Source of the DNA: a virus
Taxonomy: Duplodnaviria > Caudoviricetes
Virus record (IMG/VR): IMGVR_UViG_3300032327_000819
Location: 1 to 34,910 of that record
Reading direction: 5' to 3' (one strand)
DNA length: 34,910 bases
Shown in pieces: positions 1 to 8,556 of the stretch; positions within the stretch are counted from its first letter, which is position 1, and every line of letters starts with the position of its first letter. A program made the position numbers and the translations under genes. The notes below the pieces were generated by a model. It was not told the origin of the DNA. It worked only from the letters and a program-made list of their open reading frames with translations, and ran no database searches.

Positions 1-1
1 T

Positions 2-322
2 AAGAATAAGAGTGATGATCAATTTGCTCTTGCTGAGAAGTATTATTCTATTCTTTCTGCTGTGAATAATTTGCATCTTACACAAAGGGAAATTCAGCTT
101 GTAGCCTTTACAGCTATTAGGGGGAACATTTCCTATGCTAATATAAGGAAGGAGTTTTGTGAGAGGTATAATAGTACAAGTCCTACAATTAATAATATTA
201 TTTCTAAGTTGAAGAAGATTAATGTGTTGATTAAGGATGGGACAAAGGTGAAGGTGAATCCTGTTATTATTCTTCCTTTCAGTCTTGATGTTGTATTAGA
301 AATAAAGCTGACACATGGATAA
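2..322 (+). CDS. 5'-truncated winged-HTH protein (RepL-like DNA-binding protein of crAss-like late regions)
   Basis: The frame is open back to the window edge (KNKSDDQFALAEKYYSILSAVNNLHLTQRE...), so the GTG at 62 is unlikely to be the real start. LT.RE...INNIISKLKKINVLIK...KVNP fits an HTH/wing pattern. Confidence 0.5.
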   Translation, partial: KNKSDDQFALAEKYYSILSAVNNLHLTQREIQLVAFTAIRGNISYANIRKEFCERYNSTSPTINNIISKLKKINVLIKDGTKVKVNPVIILPFSLDVVLEIKLTHG

Positions 323-734
323 ACCAGTTTCACTCTCTATGAGAGAATATCTTGTTAGGACATTGGCAGTTAAGCTTATGTTGTCTGAAAAGATGATTGA
401 TGCTGTTATAGTGCATCAGTTTAGTGAGGCTAATGCAGCAATGTCTTTGAATGATTCTGTAGAGATTTCTGGGTTTGGAAAGTTTGTGTTTAATAGGAAG
501 AAGGCAAAGAAGCTTATGGAAAAGCTCCTTTCGAAAGAGAAATATTTTAATTCCCTTCTTGAGGACAGTCTTCTTTCTGAACAAAAGAGACAGTCTATAA
601 CTAACAAGTTGAATAATAATACGTTAGCAATTAATACATTAAAACCAAGGATTGAAAATGATAAACTTTGCACAGATTTACGAGGGGTGGAGGAACAACT
701 TGATTCCACCAGCATCACTGAAGAGAGTGATTAA
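315..734 (+). CDS. HU/IHF-like DNA-binding protein with C-terminal helical extension
   Basis: Two N-terminal helices are followed by DSVEISGFGKFVF, the V-x-I-x-GFG-x-F signature of the HU/IHF family. Confidence 0.75.
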   Translation: MDKPVSLSMREYLVRTLAVKLMLSEKMIDAVIVHQFSEANAAMSLNDSVEISGFGKFVFNRKKAKKLMEKLLSKEKYFNSLLEDSLLSEQKRQSITNKLNNNTLAINTLKPRIENDKLCTDLRGVEEQLDSTSITEESD

Positions 735-996
735 AGAAACAAGTGAGGAGAGGATTAATATATGTTTGACATGTCCACATCATTCTAAATGGCATAAGAC
801 ATTACGACCTGATGACCATTGTACAAATTGTGGATGTACATTAGCAGCTAAAACAAAATGTCTGTCATGTGCTTGTCCTTTGAATAAATGGATGGCAGTG
901 TTGACAGAAGAAGATGAAGAAACACTTAAAACACAAATAAATGGCAAAGAAAAAGGAAGTGAGACTGAAAAAGATTCCCCTAGCAATATTTCTTGA
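658..996 (+). CDS. Cys-rich Zn-binding protein (112 aa)
   Basis: CLTCPHH...CTNCGC...KTKCLSCACPLNKW. ATG at 658 is preferred over TTG at 652. Confidence 0.7.
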   Translation: MINFAQIYEGWRNNLIPPASLKRVIKETSEERINICLTCPHHSKWHKTLRPDDHCTNCGCTLAAKTKCLSCACPLNKWMAVLTEEDEETLKTQINGKEKGSETEKDSPSNIS

Positions 997-1225
997 GGCT
1001 CTTGAGGAACTGTATGAGTTTGGATTGGAATATATTGATATTATAGGAGTTGCTGGTGAGGAACAAGACACAATAGGAATCATGTATAATAAGGAATATA
1101 TGAATCCAGAGATAACAGGAAACTTGGATGAGGCTATGGATAGGTTTGTAAAAGATTATGACGAAAATAAAGAAAACAAAATAGATATTAAACTATCGGA
1201 TGACGATTTAAACCAACTAATATGA
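941..1225 (+). CDS. Hypothetical acidic protein
   Basis: ATG with an A-rich leader, phage-like codon use, and coupling to the next ORF by an ATGA overlap. Confidence 0.7.
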   Translation: MAKKKEVRLKKIPLAIFLEALEELYEFGLEYIDIIGVAGEEQDTIGIMYNKEYMNPEITGNLDEAMDRFVKDYDENKENKIDIKLSDDDLNQLI

Positions 1226-1401
1226 ACCCAATACACGAAGCATGGATTGTAATTGAGAAGCTAGGAGCATTATGTGCCACCCCAGGAATCTCAGATGAGA
1301 CACAGAAGATTGCTAATGAAGAGATTCAAAGGCTTTTGACAAACGTTGTAAAACCTTCTTTAACAAAGCTTACAGCACAAGGAACAGGACTTATAGTTTA
1401 A
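1222..1401 (+). CDS. Small hypothetical protein (59 aa; not in the ORF track)
   Basis: MNPIHEAWIVIEKLGALCATPGISDETQKIANEEIQRLLTNVVKPSLTKLTAQGTGLIV*. It has an ATGA overlap with the upstream stop and fills the gap to the next gene exactly. Confidence 0.7.
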   Translation: MNPIHEAWIVIEKLGALCATPGISDETQKIANEEIQRLLTNVVKPSLTKLTAQGTGLIV

Positions 1402-1405
1402 CATT

Positions 1406-1690
1406 ATGGCAAACAAAGTGAATTATTACAATAGGATTTTGATTCTCCTACAAGAACTAAATGTTGCTTTCCCACAATACAATATGGGAAAACACTTAGC
1501 TACAGTGCTAGATGAATGTGGAAACATATGGGGAATGACAGACAAAGAACTTGCTTACGCCTTAGTTAAATATAAAGGACAGCTTGAAATGGACTTTCCA
1601 CACACAGACGATCTTGAGATAGATAGGATTATAAAGGATGGTCTTGATCTTGATAACATTTTAAAGGAAGAAACAGATGGCGACTATTAA
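1406..1690 (+). CDS. Hypothetical protein
   Basis: Fits the operon tiling and overlaps the downstream gene by 14 nt. Confidence 0.7.
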   Translation: MANKVNYYNRILILLQELNVAFPQYNMGKHLATVLDECGNIWGMTDKELAYALVKYKGQLEMDFPHTDDLEIDRIIKDGLDLDNILKEETDGDY

Positions 1691-2009
1691 AAAAACTACA
1701 TTTATTAATACAGAGCTTGAATGGGCTGAACAACAGCTTACATCATGGAAAGCTTATGTTGATGCCAATCCCCTTCATGAATTGAAGGATAGGATTGAAT
1801 GGAAGCCTACAGCAAAAGGAGGAATGTTACCAATGGTGATTGCCTCTATAGAAGCACAAGGTAAGTTTGTCCAAGAGACAATGAAAAACTATCTTGCATT
1901 AGTGGAGGTGGTAGATAAACTTCGTAGTATGGAAGAAGCAAAGGTTGAGGTGAGAGGAAAGGGAGAACTGTCATCAATGGCAGAAGACTTCCTTAAAAAC
2001 AGAAAATAA
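1677..2009 (+). CDS. Putative terminase small subunit
   Basis: 110-aa mostly helical protein coupled by a TAATG overlap directly to TerL. The assignment rests on position only. Confidence 0.4.
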   Translation: MATIKKTTFINTELEWAEQQLTSWKAYVDANPLHELKDRIEWKPTAKGGMLPMVIASIEAQGKFVQETMKNYLALVEVVDKLRSMEEAKVEVRGKGELSSMAEDFLKNRK

Positions 2010-4030
2010 TGGAACTACAAAGTATAGATTATAAGGATTGGTTTATGAATCAAAAAAGGATTCCAGATAGGGATTCTTCTGAACATAGGCAATTCTTTGA
2101 TTTTCACAAGGAGCTTTGTTTAAATGGAGCTATGATGAATGGGGTTTATATAAACCCTTTTTTGTATTGGCACTTGAACATCTGGCACACAGAAGTGGAT
2201 GTTATAGATGAATACGGAAGAATCAGCCAGAAGTATGCAAACCCCCTTCTTAGAGATAATGAGTGGTTGGTGAGTAATGAAATAGATAGAGCTCAACAGG
2301 AAAAGAAAGGACTAGTTATTCTAGGAATAAGACGTTTTGCAAAGTCTGTTTTGGAAGCATCTTATATTGGATGGGGAGCAACATTTGATGAAAACTCTCA
2401 GAACATTATTGCTGGATTGAATGCTCCAGATATAAAACTGATTACAGATAAACTTGATAAAGGACTTAACTTTCTACCAGAAGCTTGGAGATGGCAAAGA
2501 ATAGAGGATAATTGGAAAAACCAAGTGACGCTAGGTATTAAAACCAAATCAGGAGAAAGAATACCATACTCACAAATCCTTATTAGGAACCTTGATGAAG
2601 GTAATAATGAAGAAGCTATCGCAGGTACAAAACCTCGTAAGCTCATTATAGATGAGATTGGTAAAGGGAACTTCCTCAGAGGATTCCAGGCAGCTGTGCC
2701 TGGTTTCACTACACCTTTTGGCTGGGGATGTTCTCCCATCCTGACAGGAACAGGTGGTGACATGAAGAAGTTTATGGATGCAAAATCCTTAATGTTTGAC
2801 GTGGATAATTTTAACTTCCTTACATATAACAATGAGAAGGATGATAAAAGAATCCATGGCTTATTCATTTCCTATAAGTATAGAATGGAGGCAAAGGAAG
2901 AATCTACATTAGGAGCTTTCTTAGAACAACCAAAAGAGTCAGATCTTCATAATGTAAAGATGCTTGTTTCCAATCCTGAGAAGGCTAAGGAAATTACAGA
3001 AGCAAATCTAGAGAAGTTAAAAAGAGCTGGAGATAGAATAGCATATTTAAAGGAAAAGATGTACTACCCATTAGAGGTGGATGATATATTCTTGAATGAG
3101 GACACAAACATCTTTGATATTGAGGCTGCTAAAAGACAAAAGTCAAGACTCTTACAACAAGAAAGAACAGGTATTCCTGTAATATTGTTTAACGATGGTG
3201 ATAGAATATCACATGAGTTTACAGACAAAAGACCTATTACAAACTTTCCTTTGAAGAGTTCTGATCTCAAGGATGCTCCAGTGGTTATATATGAGTTTCC
3301 TGTAGAAAACCCTCCATATGGACTTTATGTTGCTGGTGTCGATCCTTATAGACAAGGAAAATCTGCATACAGTTCTTCTTTAGGATCTGTTTACATTTAT
3401 AAAAGAATGCACGAATTAACAGGAGAGAAATATCAAGATATGTTCGTAGCTTCGTATTGTGCAAGACCTGATAAGAAGGAAATATGGGAAGAACAAGCAC
3501 GCTTATTGATAAAGTATTTCAATGCTCGTACACTGTGTGAGAATGATGATATTTCGTTCATTGAATATATGAAGGCAAAAGGAGATGCTCACTATTTGGA
3601 GAAACAACCTCAATGGTTAATGGAAGTGGTTCCTAATACAACAGTGAAACGTGAATATGGGGTACATCGTTCTTCAGATAAGATTAGGGATTATTTACAC
3701 AACTGTTTAAAGAAATATATGGAAGAAGTGGTGTATAAAGAAACTGATGAGAATGGAGATGTAACAAGAGAACAGTTGGGAGTGAGTAAGATTTTTGATC
3801 CTGTCCTATTAGAAGAAATTATACAATACAACGATCAGGGTAACTTTGATAGAATCATTGCAGCAGAACTAGCAATCGCACAAGCACTCAAAATGGATCC
3901 TATATTAGGAAGAGTGGGAGGCTCAGGTGATGATAGGGTGAAAGCAATGTTCTCACAACAAAAGAAAAATGCATTGTTCTCTGAATCAAGAGGAATGTTT
4001 AATAATAAAAAACGTAAAATGTTCACATAA
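2009..4030 (+). CDS. terL: Terminase large subunit
   Basis: Walker A-like VILGIRRFAKS, Walker B LIIDEIG, coupling-motif region ILTGTGG, RNase H-fold nuclease YVAGVDPY and C-terminal NFDRI. It lies directly upstream of the portal. Confidence 0.93.
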   Translation: MELQSIDYKDWFMNQKRIPDRDSSEHRQFFDFHKELCLNGAMMNGVYINPFLYWHLNIWHTEVDVIDEYGRISQKYANPLLRDNEWLVSNEIDRAQQEKKGLVILGIRRFAKSVLEASYIGWGATFDENSQNIIAGLNAPDIKLITDKLDKGLNFLPEAWRWQRIEDNWKNQVTLGIKTKSGERIPYSQILIRNLDEGNNEEAIAGTKPRKLIIDEIGKGNFLRGFQAAVPGFTTPFGWGCSPILTGTGGDMKKFMDAKSLMFDVDNFNFLTYNNEKDDKRIHGLFISYKYRMEAKEESTLGAFLEQPKESDLHNVKMLVSNPEKAKEITEANLEKLKRAGDRIAYLKEKMYYPLEVDDIFLNEDTNIFDIEAAKRQKSRLLQQERTGIPVILFNDGDRISHEFTDKRPITNFPLKSSDLKDAPVVIYEFPVENPPYGLYVAGVDPYRQGKSAYSSSLGSVYIYKRMHELTGEKYQDMFVASYCARPDKKEIWEEQARLLIKYFNARTLCENDDISFIEYMKAKGDAHYLEKQPQWLMEVVPNTTVKREYGVHRSSDKIRDYLHNCLKKYMEEVVYKETDENGDVTREQLGVSKIFDPVLLEEIIQYNDQGNFDRIIAAELAIAQALKMDPILGRVGGSGDDRVKAMFSQQKKNALFSESRGMFNNKKRKMFT

Positions 4031-6624
4031 TGGCAATTATAAGGTATACAAAAGATGCTACTATACGCTATGCGTATTTGAATATATTTCCAGATCAATT
4101 TAAAACTGATAAGGAAAAACAAGATGAGAGCTGGATAAAGAATACAATGGACTATTTTGCAAATAAAGCTTATGCTGAATATGTAAAGAATAGAGATACG
4201 TTTGTTAAAAACTATGATCTTGTAAAAGGTATTCTTAGAATGGAAGATTTCTATCAAGAACCTCAAGTGAAAAGTTTCACTGATATGCTTACAACAGATC
4301 TTCAACTTCCAGCATATGTAAAACATTATTCAATCATCACCACTCCCATCAATGAACTTGTAGGAGAAATCTCTAAAAGACCAGACACATTTAGAGTGAA
4401 GGCTTTTGATGATGAAAGCAAGTCTGAAGAGTTGGAATATAAAACTAATGTTCTTCAGGAATATGTAATAAACCAGGCAAAGCAAAAGATTATGGAAAAG
4501 CTTGCTATGGAAGGACAGAATTTAGAAGAGGTTGATCCAGAAGAACTTGATAATATGACAATGCAAAGTGTACAAGATCAACTAGATGATTACACTTCTA
4601 TAGCTGAGAAATGGGCAAATCATGTTCTTACATGTCAAAAAGCAGAATTTAATTTAAAAGAAAAGAGCGAAGATGCTTTCAGAGATATGCTCATCTCTGC
4701 AAGAGAATTCTACCATATATATGAAGACAACTCAAAACTTGGTTTTAACATTGAGGTTGCAAATCCTAAGAACACATGGTTCCTTACTACACCTGATAGA
4801 AAATATATCTCTGATCCCACAGGAAGAGCTCAGGGGGCTTACGCAGCTGGTACAGTACAAGTTATGGAGCTTTCTGAAATTATTGAGTCAATTCCTGATT
4901 TAACAAAAGATGAGATAGACCATCTTAGATCTTCTCTCCAGGATTATGGATTGATTAATGTAAGAGAATCCAACCTTGGTAATCCAAATGCTATTCCTGG
5001 TCAAGATTCTGTACAATATGATACATTTGATCCTCTTGTATTACAAACAAGAATGATTATTGAATCTGAAATGAAAGAGAACAATGATGGGTTGAAAGAC
5101 TTCTTAGGACTTACATCTAACGTTTCTTCTTTTGGATATAAATACGTAGTGGTTAGAGCATATTGGATTTCTAAGAAGAAGATTGGTAAACTTATTTATG
5201 TAGATGAAATGGGCAATGAGCAGTCTATGCTTGTTGATGAATCATACAAGAGCGGAACCATTCCTACACAACAATCATTAGAATGGGGATGGATAAATCA
5301 ATGGTATCAGGGTATTAAGATTGGTCCAGACATCTATCACATCAAACCTTACAAACTTCTTACATATTGTCCTATTATAGGAATTACACATGAGGTTAAG
5401 AATACAGAGGCAAAGAGTCTTGTAGACTTGATGAAACCATTCCAGGTTTTGTACAATGTTTGTATGAACCAGCTTTACAAACTCCTTGAGAAGGAAGTTG
5501 GTAAAGTGTATTTGACATCTATTAGACACATTCCTATTCCTAAAGATGGGGATGCTCAAGATGCATTAGATATATGGGAAATGGAAGCTCGTAATAGAGG
5601 AGTGATGTTTATTGACGATAGTCCAGAAAACTTAAAATCTCCAAGTTCATTCAATCAGTTTAGAGACATTGATCTTACACGTACACAGGAGATTCAATCT
5701 CGTTACAACTTAGCAATGCAATTGAAGAATGAGTGTTGGGAACTTGTAGGTATGTCAAAACAAAGAATGGGATCTGTATCAGCAAGTGAATCTGCAACAG
5801 GCACAAACACAGCTATACAACAATCTTATTCTCAAACAGAACCATTATTTGTAGCACACGAATATGTAATGGGACAATTATATCAAGCAATTATCGATGC
5901 TGCTCTATATGTGGAATCTAAAAAACCACAATCAACTCTTTCTTATATAACAAACACTGGTGAATCAGCATTTGTACAAGTGAATGGAACAGATCTTAGA
6001 TTTAGAGATCTTAAAGTGTTCTTGACTAACAGACCAGAAGATCAACAGATGTTCCAAGAAATCAGACAATTGTCTCAAGCTGTTCTTCAGAATGGTGGTT
6101 CATTGTATGATATTATTGAGTTGTACACAACTAAGAGCGTTAGACAAATGAAGAAAGTGTTCAAAACACTTAAAGAAAGACAAGAGCAAATGCAAGAAAG
6201 ACAGCAACAAGTGCAAGAACAACAAGCTCAAGCTCAACAGGAACAAGCACAAGCTCAAATGCAACAAGCTATACAATTACAACAAGAGAAACAAGCTCAC
6301 GATGATTACCAAAGAGAACTTGATAGACTCTCTAAAGAGAAAATTGCAATCATTCAAGCTACAGGATTTGGTAAGGTGGAAGGTGAAGATGTTGATCAAA
6401 ACGCTATTCCTGATGTTTTAGAGATGAGCAAGCTTACAAATGATCAAGAAAAAGCTGCAAAAGAATATCAATTAAAGATGGCTGATATTAATTCTAAAAA
6501 CAAACAAGCTGCTGATAAGATGGCTATTGAGAGAGAAAAGCTTCAAGTGGCTAGAGAGAACCAAGCAAATGACTTAGCTGTTGCAAAAGAGAACGCAAAA
6601 GGAAGAAACAAAAAGACTAAATAA
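4030..6624 (+). CDS. Portal protein
   Basis: 864 aa, follows TerL. It has YSIITTPINELVGE, SLVDLMKPFQVLYN and ELVGMSKQRMG helical motifs, a Gln-rich coiled-coil barrel, and a DVDQNAIPD (DxDxNxIPD) motif near the C-terminus as in crAss-like portals. Confidence 0.88.
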   Translation: MAIIRYTKDATIRYAYLNIFPDQFKTDKEKQDESWIKNTMDYFANKAYAEYVKNRDTFVKNYDLVKGILRMEDFYQEPQVKSFTDMLTTDLQLPAYVKHYSIITTPINELVGEISKRPDTFRVKAFDDESKSEELEYKTNVLQEYVINQAKQKIMEKLAMEGQNLEEVDPEELDNMTMQSVQDQLDDYTSIAEKWANHVLTCQKAEFNLKEKSEDAFRDMLISAREFYHIYEDNSKLGFNIEVANPKNTWFLTTPDRKYISDPTGRAQGAYAAGTVQVMELSEIIESIPDLTKDEIDHLRSSLQDYGLINVRESNLGNPNAIPGQDSVQYDTFDPLVLQTRMIIESEMKENNDGLKDFLGLTSNVSSFGYKYVVVRAYWISKKKIGKLIYVDEMGNEQSMLVDESYKSGTIPTQQSLEWGWINQWYQGIKIGPDIYHIKPYKLLTYCPIIGITHEVKNTEAKSLVDLMKPFQVLYNVCMNQLYKLLEKEVGKVYLTSIRHIPIPKDGDAQDALDIWEMEARNRGVMFIDDSPENLKSPSSFNQFRDIDLTRTQEIQSRYNLAMQLKNECWELVGMSKQRMGSVSASESATGTNTAIQQSYSQTEPLFVAHEYVMGQLYQAIIDAALYVESKKPQSTLSYITNTGESAFVQVNGTDLRFRDLKVFLTNRPEDQQMFQEIRQLSQAVLQNGGSLYDIIELYTTKSVRQMKKVFKTLKERQEQMQERQQQVQEQQAQAQQEQAQAQMQQAIQLQQEKQAHDDYQRELDRLSKEKIAIIQATGFGKVEGEDVDQNAIPDVLEMSKLTNDQEKAAKEYQLKMADINSKNKQAADKMAIEREKLQVARENQANDLAVAKENAKGRNKKTK

Positions 6625-7154
6625 TGTTTGATAAACTTGTAGATCTTATTATTAATTGGATAGATCAACTACTACCAATAGTGATTGTTCCTTCTTATGA
6701 AGAGGGTGTCCAGATGAGATTTGGCAAGTTTAAAAGAGTTTTAGAAGGCGGTGTTTATTTCAAGATTCCATTCTTTGATGAAATACTTAGACAACATGTT
6801 GTTGTAACAACTCTTAGTCTTCCAGCACAATCTTTATATACAATAGATAAACAAAACTTTGTTGTCAAGGGAGTGATTAAATATAGAATATCAGATGTCA
6901 AGGTTTTTCTAATGGAGGTATATGATGCACAAGATGCCTTATCAGATATGACAATGAGCATTATAAAAAATGTTATTGTTTCTCTTCATGCAGAAAAGTG
7001 TATAGATCCTGAACTTGATAATCTTCTTACAAAGAAAGTGAGAGTGGAAGCAAAGAAATGGGGGGTTGATGTTCAACAAGTTACACTAACAGATGTAGCT
7101 CCAATAAGGAGTTATAGGCTAATAAATGACAACTTTTCAAACAAAATTGATTAG
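6624..7154 (+). CDS. SPFH/band-7 (stomatin/HflC-like) domain protein
   Basis: IVPSYEEGVQMRFGKF...GGVYFKIPFFDEI...Q.LYTIDKQ...VIKYRISD...WGVDVQQVTLTDV matches SPFH domain architecture. The N-terminus is amphipathic/hydrophobic. Confidence 0.85.
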   Translation: MFDKLVDLIINWIDQLLPIVIVPSYEEGVQMRFGKFKRVLEGGVYFKIPFFDEILRQHVVVTTLSLPAQSLYTIDKQNFVVKGVIKYRISDVKVFLMEVYDAQDALSDMTMSIIKNVIVSLHAEKCIDPELDNLLTKKVRVEAKKWGVDVQQVTLTDVAPIRSYRLINDNFSNKID

Positions 7155-7212
7155 AGTGAAATGTGTTAATGCTATATTAACCAAAAAATTGATTTATATA
7201 GTGTTATATCTC

Positions 7213-7243
7213 TTTGCTAGTAATCTATTATAATATACATTTA
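7213..7243 (+). promoter_or_regulatory. Bacteroidota sigma70-type promoter-like site upstream of the scaffold/MCP genes
   Basis: TTTG (7213-7216), a 19-nt spacer, then TACATTTA (7236-7243), against the consensus TTTG-N19-21-TAnnTTTG (one mismatch). Confidence 0.5.
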
Positions 7244-7249
7244 CATCAC

Positions 7250-7278
7250 AAACCAATAAAAAAAACAACTACATATGG
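7250..7278 (+). repeat. Leader motif AAACCAATAAAA..AAAACAACTACATATGG, copy 1 (copy 2 at 10243-10274)
   Basis: Near-identical ~29-nt sequence ending at the ATG of two different genes. The copies differ only in the A-tract. Confidence 0.75.
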
Positions 7279-8525
7279 CTGAAAATCTAGACCAATCGTT
7301 TGGTAACTTTAGTATTGAGAACACTATGGAGATGGGACTTGGTAATGCAGAACTATTAAATGATCTCATGTCTCCTGAAACTGCTTCTAGTAATCCTGAT
7401 GATATTAAGGAAATGACTCCAGAAGACAAAGCTCCTAAAACAGAAACTAAAAAAACTTCTGCAAAAAGTGAAGCTGCCCCTGAAGAGAAAAAAGAAGAAG
7501 AAGACAGTAAAAAATCCATCCAAGACTTCCTCATGGGAGCAGATGAAGATGGTGAAGAAGAAGAAGAAAGTGTTGAATCTCCTAAAAAGACACAAACTAA
7601 AACACAAGAAGCTGAAGAGTCTGAAGAAGAAGAAACAGAAGTTAGTAGATTTGGTGCATTAGCAAACGATCTTTTTAAATTAGGTGTATTCTCTAAAGAT
7701 GATGAAGATGAAGAAGAATCTCCTATTACAACTCCAGAAGAATTTCTTGAAAGATTTCAAATGGAAAAGAAGAAGGGAGCAATTGAAGTGGTGAATAATT
7801 TCATTGGTCAATTTGGAGAAGACTACCAACAAGCATTTGACGCCATATTTGTAAAAGGAGTTGATCCTAAGGAATATTTTGGTACATATAATCAAATTTC
7901 AAGTTTTGCAGAACTTGATCTTTCTGATGAGGCAAATCAAGTGAAGGTTTTAAAACAAGCATTGTCTGATCAAGGTTTTGATTCTGAAGACATATCATCT
8001 GAAGTTGAAAGATTAAAAAACTATGGTGATCTTGAAAGCGTAGCTGCAAAGCATCACAAAGTTTTAGTGAAGAAAGAAGCTGCTAAATTACAACAGCTTG
8101 AGCAAGATTCAGAAAGACAATTGCAACAAAAACAAGCTATTAAGAATCAATACATACAAAATGTCCAAAGCATTTTACAAGAAAAGCTAAAGACAAAAGA
8201 GTTTGACGGTATTCCAATTAACCCCAAACTAGCAAACGAACTACAAGACTTCTTATTAGTTGATAAGTACAAGACAAACTCTGGAGAAACAATCACAGAC
8301 TTTGATCGTGCTATTCTGGAACTAAAAAGACCTGAGAATCACGAAGCAAAAGTTAAAGTGGCTCTTTTATTAAAGATATTAGAAAAAGATCCCACTCTCT
8401 CTACAATTCAAAAATCAGGAATAAGCAAGAAGTCAAACGAACTTTTTGGTGAAGTGGCAAGACAAGTGACTAAGAGTGGAACAAAGTCTTCAGGAACAAA
8501 AGGTTCTAATTCATGGTTTTTATAA
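7275..8525 (+). CDS. Putative capsid scaffolding-like protein (conserved gene preceding MCP)
   Basis: Very acidic, low-complexity N-terminal half and coiled-coil C-terminal half, immediately upstream of the MCP. Confidence 0.6.
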   Translation: MAENLDQSFGNFSIENTMEMGLGNAELLNDLMSPETASSNPDDIKEMTPEDKAPKTETKKTSAKSEAAPEEKKEEEDSKKSIQDFLMGADEDGEEEEESVESPKKTQTKTQEAEESEEEETEVSRFGALANDLFKLGVFSKDDEDEEESPITTPEEFLERFQMEKKKGAIEVVNNFIGQFGEDYQQAFDAIFVKGVDPKEYFGTYNQISSFAELDLSDEANQVKVLKQALSDQGFDSEDISSEVERLKNYGDLESVAAKHHKVLVKKEAAKLQQLEQDSERQLQQKQAIKNQYIQNVQSILQEKLKTKEFDGIPINPKLANELQDFLLVDKYKTNSGETITDFDRAILELKRPENHEAKVKVALLLKILEKDPTLSTIQKSGISKKSNELFGEVARQVTKSGTKSSGTKGSNSWFL

Positions 8526-8556
8526 ACAATTAAACATAAATTAAAAAACAAATAAA

